Of a stretch of 64,000 bases of DNA, positions 1 through 12,420 are shown one piece after another (the stretch's first letter is position 1; every line of letters starts with the position of its first letter). The translations under genes and the position numbers were made by a program. This stretch comes from Eledone cirrhosa (taxonomy: Eukaryota): NCBI GenBank assembly GCA_964016885.1, contig OZ024741.1:204538001-204602000 (forward strand), written 5' to 3'. A model generated the notes under the pieces. That model searched no databases and had not been told where the DNA came from. It worked only from the letters and a program-made list of their open reading frames with translations.

Positions 1-317
1 ACCCTCACACCCCCACACCCTCACACCCTCTTACCCACCCACTCTCTCACCAACACACTCATACTCACACACTCTCACTTTTATTCACACACTTTCACTC
101 TCTCACTCATTGTCTGTCTCTCACTCACTAACTGTCTATATCTCTCTTTCTCATTGTCTGTCTGTCTCTCTCTCTCTCTTATTCTCTGTCTGTCTCTCTC
201 TCTCACTCACTTTCTGTCTCTCTCTCTCACTCACTTTATGTCTCTCTTACTCACTCTCTCTCACTCTCTCCCTCACCCAATCTCTCTCTCTCTCCCTCAC
301 CATCTATCTATCTCTCT
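1..317. repeat. (CA)/(CT)-rich low-complexity tract
   Basis: Degenerate cacac/ctctc/ctcact repeats. Confidence 0.9.
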
Positions 318-497
318 AAATAAGGAGAAAGTTAGTTATATTATGAAATTTTGGATTTTAAAATTCTTTCATATCCTAGATATTGTTTTTCAGTAGAAAT
401 ATGGTTATAAAAGGGTTAAATTCTGTTTAAAGTGTCTCAAATTTTGCTAAAATTTCAATATTGTTTTGTTTTTTTCTTTATTCATTTACTTTTTCAG

Positions 498-667
498 ACA
501 ATCCCAAAGAGGTGAAACAAGATTCTTTTGCTGAAAAATTGGCGGCTAAAATTATAAAAAATCTTCAGGTTCAAGTTAGCAATATCCATATTCGTTATGA
601 GGACAATTATACTAATTCAGCACATCCATTTGCTATTGGATTTACTCTTGAAGACTTAATCTTCCAG
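498..667 (+). CDS. VPS13: VPS13A/C-like exon w1 (N-terminal chorein region)
   Basis: ttttcag|AC...CAG|gtttgg; (D)NPKEVKQDSFAEKLAAKIIKNLQVQVSNIHIRYED...LIFQ matches the VPS13 motif IIKNLQVxIxxIHIRYED. Confidence 0.95.
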
Positions 668-711
668 GTTTGGACTTTTACTTCAATATTTGATTTTTAT
701 TTATAATCACG

Positions 712-1135
712 TTTCTTCTTTCTTTTTCTTCTTTCTTCTTTCTTCTTTCTTCTTTCTGCTTTCTTCTTTTTTCTTTTTCTTCACCCACTTATTCCTGAGA
801 AGGTCCTTCCAGAGGGTCCTGTCAGAAGCAACCGTCTCCAACTGATCTGGCTGGATCCCCAAGCGGGACCAGCCAAGCTCATGGATGATGTTATCCAACC
901 ATCTTGCTTGGGGTCTCCTGCCAGTTGGTTTTTGCCTGCAAAATCTGTCCAATGATTCTTTTCTGAGACATTCTAACCACATGTCTATAGACTCAGAGCT
1001 GTGATCTCTTAATTCGGAGAAGTAGCGGCTCTACCTGGTGTAACTCTCTGATCTCTGAGCTGCACATTCTATTGAGTAACATTACTCCAAAGACTCTTCG
1101 GAGGAACCCCATTTCGGCCCTTGTATTTGTGGGTT
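712..1135 (-). mobile_element. Rex3/Expander-like RTE LINE, 3' fragment with (AAG)n tail
   Basis: AEMGFLRRVFG...IRELHQVEPLLLRIKRSQL and KPTGRRPQARWLD...WSRLGI; (TTC)n tract 712-782. Confidence 0.85.
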
Positions 1136-1994
1136 TGACAAAGTACCAGATTGGTGACAAGTGTGAATAAGACCACTGAAACATTTCTTACTAACTCATA
1201 ATTTTCTCCATTCCATTCCCAGACATAAATACTTTTAATAAATTATGTATGTACATATATATAAAATTAATAATTACAATTTGAAATGGTTGTGTCCTAA
1301 TGCAAATTACCATAATAGTTGTTGGTCAGTATAAATAATAGTTGAGAAAATTGGGTAAAGTACTCCTGGAGACAGAAAAAAAGTGTATAGAGATGTCCTC
1401 AAGTAATCTAACCCCACATCTCTGATACTAAATGAGTACATTAACCACTACGCTAAAGAACCAGTGGCCACCATTTCCATCCTTTTAGAAGATTTTAAAC
1501 TAGAAGTGTAAACAAAAGCATTGGTAAAATTTGAAATGTGTGTGCTCCTTGATATATTTTGTAATAGTTTTATATATTATTAAGTATCAGTCTTATATCA
1601 TACATCAAATTCCTAATCACTCATACTCTATTTCAGTGATATGAAACTAAATGTTTTCTCCTTTATAAGTTCTTTCTTTAATATATTATTAACTTTACTT
1701 CTGTTCCATTGGGGTCAGTAGTATGTATGCCACTTGGACAGTGACTAAGGCATGATCATTCTTGTTTGAGTCATCTGGATGAAGCTGTATATTGTAAGAC
1801 CTGAAACACCCAATGTCTTCAGTTTTGACCGAGTAATTACATCTGCAGTTGGATTGCCTGGATGAGGTCATATTTTATAAGACTTGAAACACCCAGTGAC
1901 TCCAGGATACAACACTGATGTGTTCAAGGTTTTGCATATGTAGATGTTTGAAGAATATATTATTTTTGTTCCATGTAACAATTTACCAAAGTTT

Positions 1995-3091
1995 ATAACC
2001 CTTTGGATACCAAACTGCCTGAAATTGCCTCTGGTTCTACGATACTAACTATACTTTAAAGTGTTTATATTTATCTAAAAACCTTCCATCATAATTTTAT
2101 GTAAGAACCTTTCTTCAGTTATGCTCCAAACACCTGTTTAATAATGAGAAAGTTAATTATATTATTAAACCTCTCCTATTCAAACTTACCTGAAAATCAT
2201 AGGCAATGTTTCATTAGAAACTGAACTGCCATGAATTTCTCCAATGATTACAGCACTTATATTTGTATGTTGATATGAAGACAATACTACATAATCTACA
2301 CATTGTATGAATTATATAGAATGTAATGTTATATTTAGTCATGTGGACCATAAAAAAGAGTCAATTCAAATTGCGTTCAGCCACTTACGTTAAGAGGTAC
2401 GGCATCACTGTAAAACAAGATTCCATACATAAGAATAGATGTACACATACACGTACACCAGGTCTGAACACAGAGGAGCCAAACTCCCACTGTCATCGCC
2501 TCCATCTCTCTTACCCACCCCATCTCTCACTATTATGAGCAAATGGGGTCCCACGTGCTGGTCACCCCCATGGCCCCGGCGGACAGAATAGAGAAGGTGT
2601 TTTCATGGAGGATGGTAAGAGAGATGCACTGGAAGAGCATATCTATCTCGCGAGACTCAAACCTGTGGCTAGCCAGCTCAGCGCCAATGGTGGTGAGTAG
2701 GAAGGTAGCCCTAGGGCCAAGGACACCAGAAGTCTCCACTGCTACGGGCTTGACTGCAAACCTGTCAGAGAGCGACTGATACTTGGAGAGTGTACCTTCC
2801 TCAGTCCGAAGTGCAGCTGAGCCTGGGTTAGTTGCAGACTGCACCAGGTTGCCACTGGAAAATGTGTCACTGCATGTGGCATCCCAGCCGAGAGATTTAT
2901 CACTACGGAATGGGAAGATGGTCATGCCGTCTGGCTTTTTGCCGTCCCCTCAGTCCAGCCCCACTGACTTGAGCTGGGAGGGGAAGCCTGCAGCTTCCAA
3001 GTCTTGCTTTATGACCTCATTGAGAGCAGCATGACATGGAAGGTGGCCAAAAGAGTCTATTTCGTTAGAAATATGGTACTGAAAGAGTTAA
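1995..3091 (+). mobile_element. TTAA-MITE family 2 copy, split by the CRE insertion
   Basis: Starts taacccttt.gatacc; body to 2220; resumes at 3060 and ends gaaagagttaa. Other copies or fragments near 3175, 21502, 31235, 35670, 43441, 47540, 51666, 52452, 61680, 62152. Confidence 0.7.
2221..3059 (-). mobile_element. CRE-clade non-LTR retrotransposon, 5'-truncated (restriction-like endonuclease end plus 3' UTR)
   Basis: HAALNEVIK...DGKKPDGMTIFP...WDATCSDT...KY...PVAVETSG; flanking direct repeat TTTC(A/G)TTAGAAA at 2209-2220 and 3060-3071. Confidence 0.8.
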
Positions 3092-3859
3092 ACACAGGTC
3101 AGCACTGATCAAATCTCTCTCCCTTTCTCTCTCTCTATTTATTTACCTTTTATTTTTGCGAGCAAAATGTCCTCTTGTTATGAGAAAGTTTATTATATTA
3201 TTAAATCCCCTCCAAATTCTTTAATTAATTTCAAAATTAATTGCAAATCATAATGTCTTTCATTATAAATATTGTAATGAAAATGTTAACAAGAAAAAGA
3301 AAAGAAATGCAGCATATAAGCTCTCTTTTTGGTTACAACTAATATGTACTAGAAGAATATCATTATTATCTCTGCTTACTTCTGGTAATTTAGAATATAC
3401 AACTGTATAGGAAAGAGACCAGAAAATAAAGCCTATGCTATGTCAACTGTCTCTTTAAAAGCCTAATAGATTTGACCTGCCAAGCGATGCATCAAAACAC
3501 ATCTACACATTTGAACTTATGGTAGATGAGCTGGGTGTTCAAAACCATATCTATTTCTGCATTTTCATTTCCATTACGCAAACTGAAAATCTAGTTTGAT
3601 TTTTATACCCAAAAGCTGGATAAACTATTAATTCTATTCTGGATATCAGTGAAAATCTGATGCAAAATGGGTGATATATGGGATATGACTTGTCAAAATA
3701 TTTTCATTGAATAATAAATGGTATGCTGACCCGTTCAAGCATGGAAAAGTGGACATAAAAATGATGATGATGAATGTTCCGAATAATATTTTAATGAAAA
3801 TTCCCAGAATAAGTTGTTCATTCAGTATTTTACTCTTTTTGTTTTTCTCTATTCTACAG

Positions 3860-3919
3860 ACTACAGATAAAGATTGGAATCCATGTGTTATAAAAGAAGC
3901 AGTCACACAAATTTATAAG
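3860..3919 (+). CDS. VPS13: VPS13 exon w2
   Basis: ctacag|ACT...AAG|gttagt; TTDKDWNPCVIKEAVTQIYK, phase 0-0. Confidence 0.95.
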
Positions 3920-6900
3920 GTTAGTGAATTTTCCCATTATCAATCTTTATTGTAAGTATGCAACAGATAATTTCTTAAATACAGAGGAAGAATTAGAATT
4001 GTATAAAATCTTTCCTTACAAAACAATATTCTAATGTTTGTAACACCATTAAAATCTTATAACACATGTGCAGGTAATTTCTTTTCCTTTTTCAATATAG
4101 TTGTTGTTAATTTCTTTCATTGTTTGAATTACTTTTTTGCAGAACTGTTTCATGACTATACACTAAAAATATTTTCCTTTTATATTGTTTTAAGCATTTT
4201 ACTTTGCCTCCTACCTGGTTATAACCTTGATGATGAACCCAAACTTAGTTCCAGGGGCTTATTTAAAATTAAATGAAGGATGAGTTTAATATAAGTTAAA
4301 ATGCCAAGAAATTTTCTAATTATTATTTTTTTTTTTTTAGACTTTTTTAATATGATTTTCAGTGATATGTTATAATCTTTGCATTGTTCTGTAGCATATA
4401 TTACTAACTTGAACTCTAGGTTAGGTTATTTTCAAAATCATGAGCTTGAAACAATTAACCCTTCAGGCAATATCTTGACTAAACATTAGGCTAGCTGTAC
4501 CATGTTCCAAACAACATTTGTTTTACTCTTGAGAAAGCATTATCTATCTTATTAAGTACCAGTAATTTACTGGGTAATTGCTGACCTTGTGCCAAATGTA
4601 GAAACAATTATTTATCTTATTACACTTGCCTAAAGTATAAGTATTTAATTGATCGAATTAGTAAAGATATAAAATTGCTCTAAATATATTTATATATCTG
4701 TTTTTCAATCATAATTCTACTCATTTTAACGTGTATAAATGGATGTAAAAGAAATCAAAATTTATTATTTTTGTTGTTTTTGATCCATTTCAACATAATG
4801 ATTGTGCCTTTTGAAAAAGGTACTTTTCTGTACTAGAACAATAAAATGCATTGCTTGTAATAATGTTAGATTGTAGTACACTCTAAGAATGTCAACTATG
4901 GTGCTGTACTCTGGTTTTGCATTATAGAGGTTGTTTTTCTCAAGAATCAAGTGACACACTAAGGTTATTAAGTGTGTAAGGATTAGTGTGGCTTTATTGG
5001 TAAAGGAACATTAAGCTAGTTGTTAATGGTTTTCTTTGAATTTCCAGAAAGCTTGCTGCCAGAAAGAGAAACCGTTTTAGTGAATGAGTGAGTTCTGGGG
5101 TGATTAACATTTCAGAAAAAAGGGGGGTTTTTTTTCATTTCAAATGAAACATCTTTCCATAAGTAATTTCAACAAAAATGTAGATGATATAAACTACTAA
5201 TTTACTCAAACTACCAAATTGTTTTTGCTTCATGTTCATTCTTCCATTGTTATTAGAAAAGTTTCACAATTGTTTTCTATAAGAAAGCATCTTTCATGTT
5301 CAAAGTATTTCTGCTTGCATCATCAAATGTTGCTTTCACTCATCTTCTCATTTTCGCTTTTCTTTGTATGTGGCTACAAAATTAAACTATTTTCACATCC
5401 CATCTTTTGAGCATTTTTTCCTATTTAAAGGTTTCATAAACTTCACCTCTGAATTCTAACTCCCATGTTGCAGCATAGAAAAATGGGGAAAAAAATCAAA
5501 TTTTATGTAGCAAAACAACCCTAGAAATATTAATTCCACAGAATAAAATAATTCTGTTGAGAATCATTAATCAAAAACTTTTTGGAAAATTTTCTTTTGT
5601 CATTACTTCTGCATTTCTGATACTTTGGTAATTGAAGTGTAAAATTATGTGATGGTTTAACAATTGTGTTACCTATCAATGTTTAAGTAATATTTATTAC
5701 TTACAAATTCATATAAATACAATCCCACACTTGGGATTTTTTGCCTTTTGGATATTATTTGAAATCATCCAAAATGTTTGCTTGAATTCAAAATAAAATA
5801 CAGAATTATGTGCAACAATATGTGTATTTCAATTTAAACTACACATATTACTGTAGATATTTCAGCATGATGTGATTAAGAAAGTATGCTGAAACTCCTG
5901 TGAGCTATATATTGGTTTTTAAGTTTATCATATGCCTAATGATGGTTATGTGTCTGATATTGAGCTTTGGAGATTTACTAATGATAATATCAATGTGATT
6001 AGATGAAGCAAATATCAATCTTTGTTTGTCATTACTTTAACATCTTCATTGTTTATCATGTATTATTTTCATTTCATAACTCAGAATCAAATTATCATAT
6101 ATCTGATGATCTTTCAAGTCATTATAGAAAGTAATGTTTTAACATGGATTTCATCACAACTGCTTACAGATTTTTTTTGTATTAATGAGGGAAGACAATA
6201 TAATGGGAAAAAATAAAAGCTTAACAACGAATAAGCTATTTTTTTTTCTCACAATGAATGATGAAAATACTTTGTTGTTAGCCATATAAAATTTATTTTG
6301 CTATTTGATTTGCTTCTCAATTGTTACTTCTCTTAATGTTTTGAATTAATATTTTATTAAATATTTTCTTTTCATTTTTAAAACCTGGATATCTATTATG
6401 TTTATTGTGTTAGATTTTCTTCTGTTAGATTGTACATCCCAAGTGATTTAGGATTTCAGTTCTTCAGTTTAAAATTTGTATAGATTCCTCCTTTTCTTCC
6501 CTACAGATTCTATTTCTGTTATTTCTAACCCTTTTCTGTAGATTTAGTGTACAGTTTACAAGAAAAAAAAAAGGTTTCTTAAACTTTTCATCCAAAATGT
6601 TTCCCAATTTTGATATATCATTTCATCCTCCTTCTGATCACCTGACACCCCTTTTTTTGTCACAAGACTTAGTTTCTGTTTGATGTCAGTTGAGAACCCC
6701 TTTTATTTACCTTTTATTTTTCATCTATTCAAATTAGTTCTTTAAAACAAAATTCTAAAAGAAATTTCTCTTAAAATTTCCTGTATTTTAGTGCCCCATT
6801 GACCCTTCATTTTTCGTAGAAAAGGTAAGCACGTCAGATCTCTTAGAACATTATTTTTTTTTCAACTTAAATTCGTAGATAGCTTGTTTCTATTTGTGGT

Positions 6901-7637
6901 AGTGGTTTCACTCGTGCCTTTTTTTTTTTTTTTTTTAGACAGTTTAGTTGTCGTGTGTGTCTGTCTTCATAATATATTGTTGTCTCATTATTCAAATGTA
7001 ATAGCAATTTCTTTCAGAATACAAGTAAAGAATATTGACTATTTTGGCTGAAAAGTGGTAAAGTGCTGCTTTGTTGTGTGGTAGGGTGGTTTCCTTTTTT
7101 ATTTTTGTAGTCTAAAAACTTAAACTCTGCTATAGGTATTAGAGGATTATGTTCCTTTTTATAGTTGTTAGTATTGGAAAAGTCATCCTGCCATATGACT
7201 TGATCCAACAATTAATACAAATATTTGAATTTGTTCACTTGCTCAAACAATCAAGAAACACAAATAAAAAAAATATGTTGAAACTATACCAATTGGAATT
7301 TGGGGTGGAAAGAATAGAAAAATCATTTTACTAATAATTAGAAAATATATTAGTAAATATTTATTCAGGTATTTTTATCTATTTATTTATTAAATGCAAT
7401 TAGAGGCAATAAACTCATAAGATATTGGGTTTTAAAAATAAAAATGCAATAAAATAATATGTGGGGTGACAGTGGATCATACTAGGGCAGAGAAAGAGGG
7501 AGGGAAAGAGAGAGAAATCAGCAATACATGATCTGACGCGAAACAAAGGTGATCAACACTATTGAGACTGTTAATTATTGTTCTATTTTCAAGCCAAATC
7601 TATCTTCAACTATTGTTTATCAATAACTGTATATACT

Positions 7638-7911
7638 TAACAATTACTCTGTGGAAGAGTCATTTTAATAACTTAAAAACAAAAACTCTTAACTTTATAT
7701 ATTTATCATTTATTTTTTATGTCAAAATTTCCATCATACTGTCGGTGACCTAGTCACTCACAAAGTTACTGTGTTGCAGTGGAACTGTGTCCAGTAGCCA
7801 GGTCATGTCATTTCAATAAAAAATTTGACATAAAAAAATAAATGATAAATATATTAAGTTTTTGTGTGTTTTTAAATGACTAAAATGACACTGCCACACA
7901 GTAATTGTTTA
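7638..7911. mobile_element. Fold-back element/MITE with about 90-bp imperfect TIRs
   Basis: 7640-7730 is the imperfect reverse complement of 7820-7908. Confidence 0.7.
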
Positions 7912-8654
7912 ATTTCAACACACAGTCGCAGATTAAGTCACTTGCCAGATTACTCCAACATATATATATATATTTACACTTAGAAAATTGAATTTGGATA
8001 TAGATACACAAGTTCCATGAAATAAAATTCACATGACACACACACGCATGAAAAATCAAGTACTTGTTGTCTCTCTGTTGTGTCCCTAGGTATCTGTATC
8101 TACATTTAGATTATATGTGCAGGAGTTCTTACAAAAATTTTAGTTTAATTTTAATATATATATGTTTTAATAATAATAAAATGTAATAAAATGTATCATT
8201 GGTTTTTATCTCATAGTTCTCTATTCTTTAACAAATTAGATGAGTCTGAAGTTTTCTCTTTCTCTGTATTCTTTAATCTGTTGTCTGCAAAGTTGTAAAC
8301 AGTGATGACCTATACACTAAAATCCTTTTTATTTTGTGTCTTCTATAACAAGGTCATGAGAATATTTTCTTTATCATCATCTGTTTCTCTTTACTTAATT
8401 CTTCTCTTTAATAAGTCGTAGTTGTGAATCATCTGATAACATTTTTACTTCTTCATTCATTTACTTCATAAACTGACCTGAGACAATTTTTGTTTGGAAT
8501 TTTTCTTCTTTTTTTTTTATTTTAAAACTATTTAACCAAACCATCTTGAAAATGTTACTGTTTTATCATCTTTTCCTTCATGCTCACTGCACCATATTTC
8601 TGTATTTGCAACCAACTTAAGGATCCTCTAATGTGCTGTTATCATCTTAGCATG

Positions 8655-8829
8655 TTAACTCTTTAGCATTTACATTACTCTATATTTACTATTATAATAT
8701 CAAATCTATGAGATTTTGTTATTATTTATGTTGAGAACAATACCTTAACATCAGTATGAGTGGCTGGTTACAACCTGTTTGAACAGAAAGAGGTGAGAGA
8801 ATTGTGGCCGGATATGACCGGTTTAAATG
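8655..8829 (+). mobile_element. TTAA-MITE family 1 (piggyBac-type), partial
   Basis: ttaactctttagcatttacattactct...ggccggatatgaccggtttaaatg. Confidence 0.8.
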
Positions 8830-9331
8830 AGAAATGACCATGTTAAAATTCAGTGGACTTAGTCTCTTAATTCTTGTTTTATTCTGAAACCTTGTGAATA
8901 TCAGTGATTTCAGTAGGATTCTGTTAACAGCCTTTTTTTTGTGTGTCTTTCTAATCTTCTCTCTCGTCATTTGCACTGATATCTTCCTTCTCAACACACA
9001 AGAGACATTATGTGTCTCATTTTTAAAGTTATTTCTGTAGTCCTTGATTCTTAGAGAAAATATATGAGGATTGTTTGTTTTTTCTGAATTAGTTTTCATT
9101 ATAAGTTGATATATTGTAAAAATGTCATTGGTTGTACTAAAACAATATCAAGAAATTTCATTCATAAAAAATGTTAATATGGACTTGGACTTCTTATTCA
9201 CTAGCCTAGTTTTTATCAATAACTAAGGAATTGCTGCTAAACTCCATTCTCAAAAGTGGACATATATTTTTGTATAAATGAATACATTCATCTTTTGTTA
9301 ATGAGAGGTGAGTTGTTATTCTGTAATATGA

Positions 9332-11586
9332 ATCATCATCATCATCATCATCATCAGGTTTAGCGTCCGTGTTCCACGCTTGCATGGGTTTGGACGGGGT
9401 TTTCCCACTTGAGGCAAGAGTGGTTGTCTTGCTCGCATAGGACTGTCTGGCGGGTTTTCTACAGCTGGATGCCCTTCCTAACACCAACCACATTTACAGT
9501 GTGGGGCTGGGAGGTTTTTACCGTGTTGCCTACACGGCCACATTACAGCGTGGACTGTCTGGCGGGTTTTCTACAGCTGGATGCCCTTCCTAACACCAAC
9601 CACATTTACAGTGTGGGGCTGGGAGGTTTTTACCGTGTTACCTACACGGCCACATTTACAGCGTGGACTGTGTGTTTTTTTGTCGTGACACCTACACGAT
9701 CTCATTTGTTTCGGCCTGGATGGTGCGGCACCAACATAACTTTACATAGAACGGGGTGGTGTGGATGGGATGGGGGTGGTGGAATTTTGTTAGAGATGCC
9801 TACTGGCTGTAGTAGGTTTTACTATGTATTTAGGTAAGGCGGGTCTTCTCTGTTACTGAGTACTGCCAAAGGTCTCGGTCCAGTGACATTGTCTTGGAGA
9901 GGTGTAAGTGTGTGAGGTCGGAGTTTATCAGCTCGTCCCAGGTTTTTCTAGGCCTGCCTATTCCGTGGCTACCGTCTATCTTTATTGCCCTGCACTTTGT
10001 TATACAGCTATCGACTTTCATGCGCATCACGTGTCCATACCAACGTAGCCTTCTCTCGAGTAAACAACATCTGATCCCTCTTATTTCTAATTTTTTCCTT
10101 AGTTCGTTTATGCTTTGCCGTTCACGTATATTACTGTTACACATCCAGCGGAGCATGCAAGCTTCGTTCCTCTCTAGTCTGCGTATATCCTCTGCACACA
10201 ATGCCCAGGTCTCACTGCCATGCAACATTGCTGTTCGTATGCAGGCATCATACAACCTGCCTTTCATTTTTAGGGAGAACCCTTTAGCAGCTAATAGTGG
10301 TATAAGCTCTGAACTTTTTCCAACCAGTTCTGACTCTAGCTACTGTACTTTCAGAGCACCCTCCCCCACTGCTGATTTTATCGCCCAGGTAACGGAAGCT
10401 GTCCACTATTTCTATAGAACCCTCTGCGCAATTGAAAGAGCTAGTATTTAGTGGGCACTTGCTGCTACTTATTGCACCAGAGCACCGGCCACATGTAAAA
10501 TCTATGTTCTTAGTTAGCTTACCTGTGATCCCACTACATCTTTTATGCACCCATACTTTGCATTGGGGACATAAAATGGAGTTTCTACCTACGCCTTTCC
10601 TACACACTGAGCATGGCCATTTCCCGGAAGGGACCACCGCCTTATTTTCTTTCCTACAAACTAGAACTTTAGTCTTAGCCAGGTTAATTTTAAGGCCTTT
10701 TGATTCTAGGCCGTGCTTCCATGTTTGGAATTTCTTCTCTAGTTCGGTCATTGATTCAGCTATGAGCGTTAGATCATCTGCGTATAGGAGTTCCCATGGG
10801 CAGCCGGTCTTGAACTCCTCTGTTATAGCCTGAAGGGCAATAATAAATAGTAGGGGGCTAAGAACAGAGCCCTGATGGACACCAACTTTTACGCTAAACT
10901 CTTCACTATATTTGTTGTTAATTCTAACCTTACTGACTGTTTCTTTATACATGGCTTGTATAGCTCTCACAAGCCATTCGTCAACACCTAGTTTTCTAAG
11001 AGCCCACCAGATAATGGAACGGGGGACTCTGTCGAAGGCTTTCTCCAAGTCGACAAAAGCTAAGTATAGGGGTTTACTTTTAGCTAGGTACTTCTCCTGT
11101 AGTTGTCGTACAATGAAAAGAGCGTCTGTGGTACTTTTGCCTGACACAAACCCGAACTGCATTTCATCTAGATCAATTCTCTCTCTGATTAGTTGCGCTA
11201 TTACTTTTTCCGTGACCTTCATGACCTGGTCGATTAATTTAATGCCTCTATAGTTACTCCTATCTAGGGCATCTCCTTTTCCCTTATAGCAGTTAACGAT
11301 GATGCTGCTACGCCAGTCCTTCGGAACAACCCCATTCTGTACGACTTGGTTAACTATCCGGGTGACCATGGTGCGTCCCACCGAACCAGATGCCTTCAGC
11401 ATCTCAGCAACTATTTCCGAAGGCCCAGCCGCCTTACCCGTCTTCATATCTTTGATTGCCTTACTTATTGTACTACCCTCGACTAACACTGCTGGTCCCT
11501 CTATTGGGTCGATGTGGGGGAGACTGTCTTTCTCCCATTTATTCTCCTCATTTAGAAGCCTTTCGTAGTGACACTTCCAAGCTACC
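9332..11586 (-). mobile_element. RTE LINE, 5'-truncated and young (RT, PHD-like finger, 3' UTR, (GAT)n tail)
   Basis: 444-aa ORF with FVDLEKAFDRV, GVHQGSVLSPLLF, YADD; one 2-nt deletion near 10310 relative to the 18221 copy; (ATC)n at 9332. Confidence 0.96.
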
Positions 11587-11589
11587 CAT

Positions 11590-11818
11590 GCATGCACATC
11601 TCCTCCTCGCCATGTCACTGTTGTCCAAGGTTGTCACTGTTGCAAAGGCTGATACAGCTTGGTACCAGTGATATCACAACTCCTTTTTTCCAATTGATTG
11701 GACTAGAGCAATGGGAAATAAAGTGTCTTGCTTCAGGACACAACATACCATCCCATCTATAACTCAAACTGAAGACCTGATGAGCTAAGCACCCTAACAA
11801 CTAAGCTACATGCCTTCA
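11590..11818 (-). mobile_element. tRNA-derived SINE (CORE/Meta-like centre), decayed
   Basis: aagtgtcttgcttcaggacacaac...ctaacaactaagctacatgccttc is the reverse of the family at 23755. Confidence 0.6.
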
Positions 11819-12059
11819 CTATGAAGATCAGAGATCATTTTTAAGTTAAGAGATATATAACCCCCCCACACACACACACACACACACACGCTGCCGAAAA
11901 AAAAACAATAACATTATCTTTAATAGTTCAATAGCTGATGTAATTGAAGGTTTTTCAAATAGTTCCTGCTAATATGCCTATGTTGTAAAAAATGACATAT
12001 TCCAATTGAGGTTTTTATTCTATTTCTACTTAATATAATTTAAATTTTAGACTTAGGTA

Positions 12060-12420
12060 CAGGCTTGCTTCTGCGATTAATGTGTTCACTTCACAATCAC
12101 ATGGTTTTGGTTCAGTTCCACATCCACAATGTTGCACTTTAGGGAAATGTCTTTTACTAATGCCTCAGATTGATCAATGCCTTGTGAGTGAAATTTGGTA
12201 GACAGAAACTTTGTGGAAGCCTGTTGTATATGTGTGTCTGTTTTTACATATATTGTTTATGTTCTATAACTTAGCAATTTGACAAAAAGAAATGATTAAA
12301 ATAAGTACCAGACTTGAAAAAAAAAAGTTCCGGGGTCAATATAATTGACTAAAATCCTAGAAGGTAGTAAGTACCCTTGCTTAGTCGCAGTTTAATGAGT
12401 GAAACAAGTAAAAGAATAAA
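12060..12420 (+). mobile_element. tRNA-derived SINE family 3
   Basis: cacaatcacatggttttggttcagttcc...gccttgtgagtgaaatttggtagacagaaact; related copies near 16130(-), 26628(+), 48960(-), 53105(+), 55320(-). Confidence 0.65.

Noticed and set aside
110-396. Ser/Leu-rich ORFs
   Set aside because: Translations of a (CT)n low-complexity tract.
1858-1905. SECIS element (ATGA...GA)
   Set aside because: Stem too short, no apical AA motif, intronic position.
9894-11568. Several + strand ORFs of 89-185 aa
   Set aside because: Antisense shadows of the minus-strand RTE ORF.
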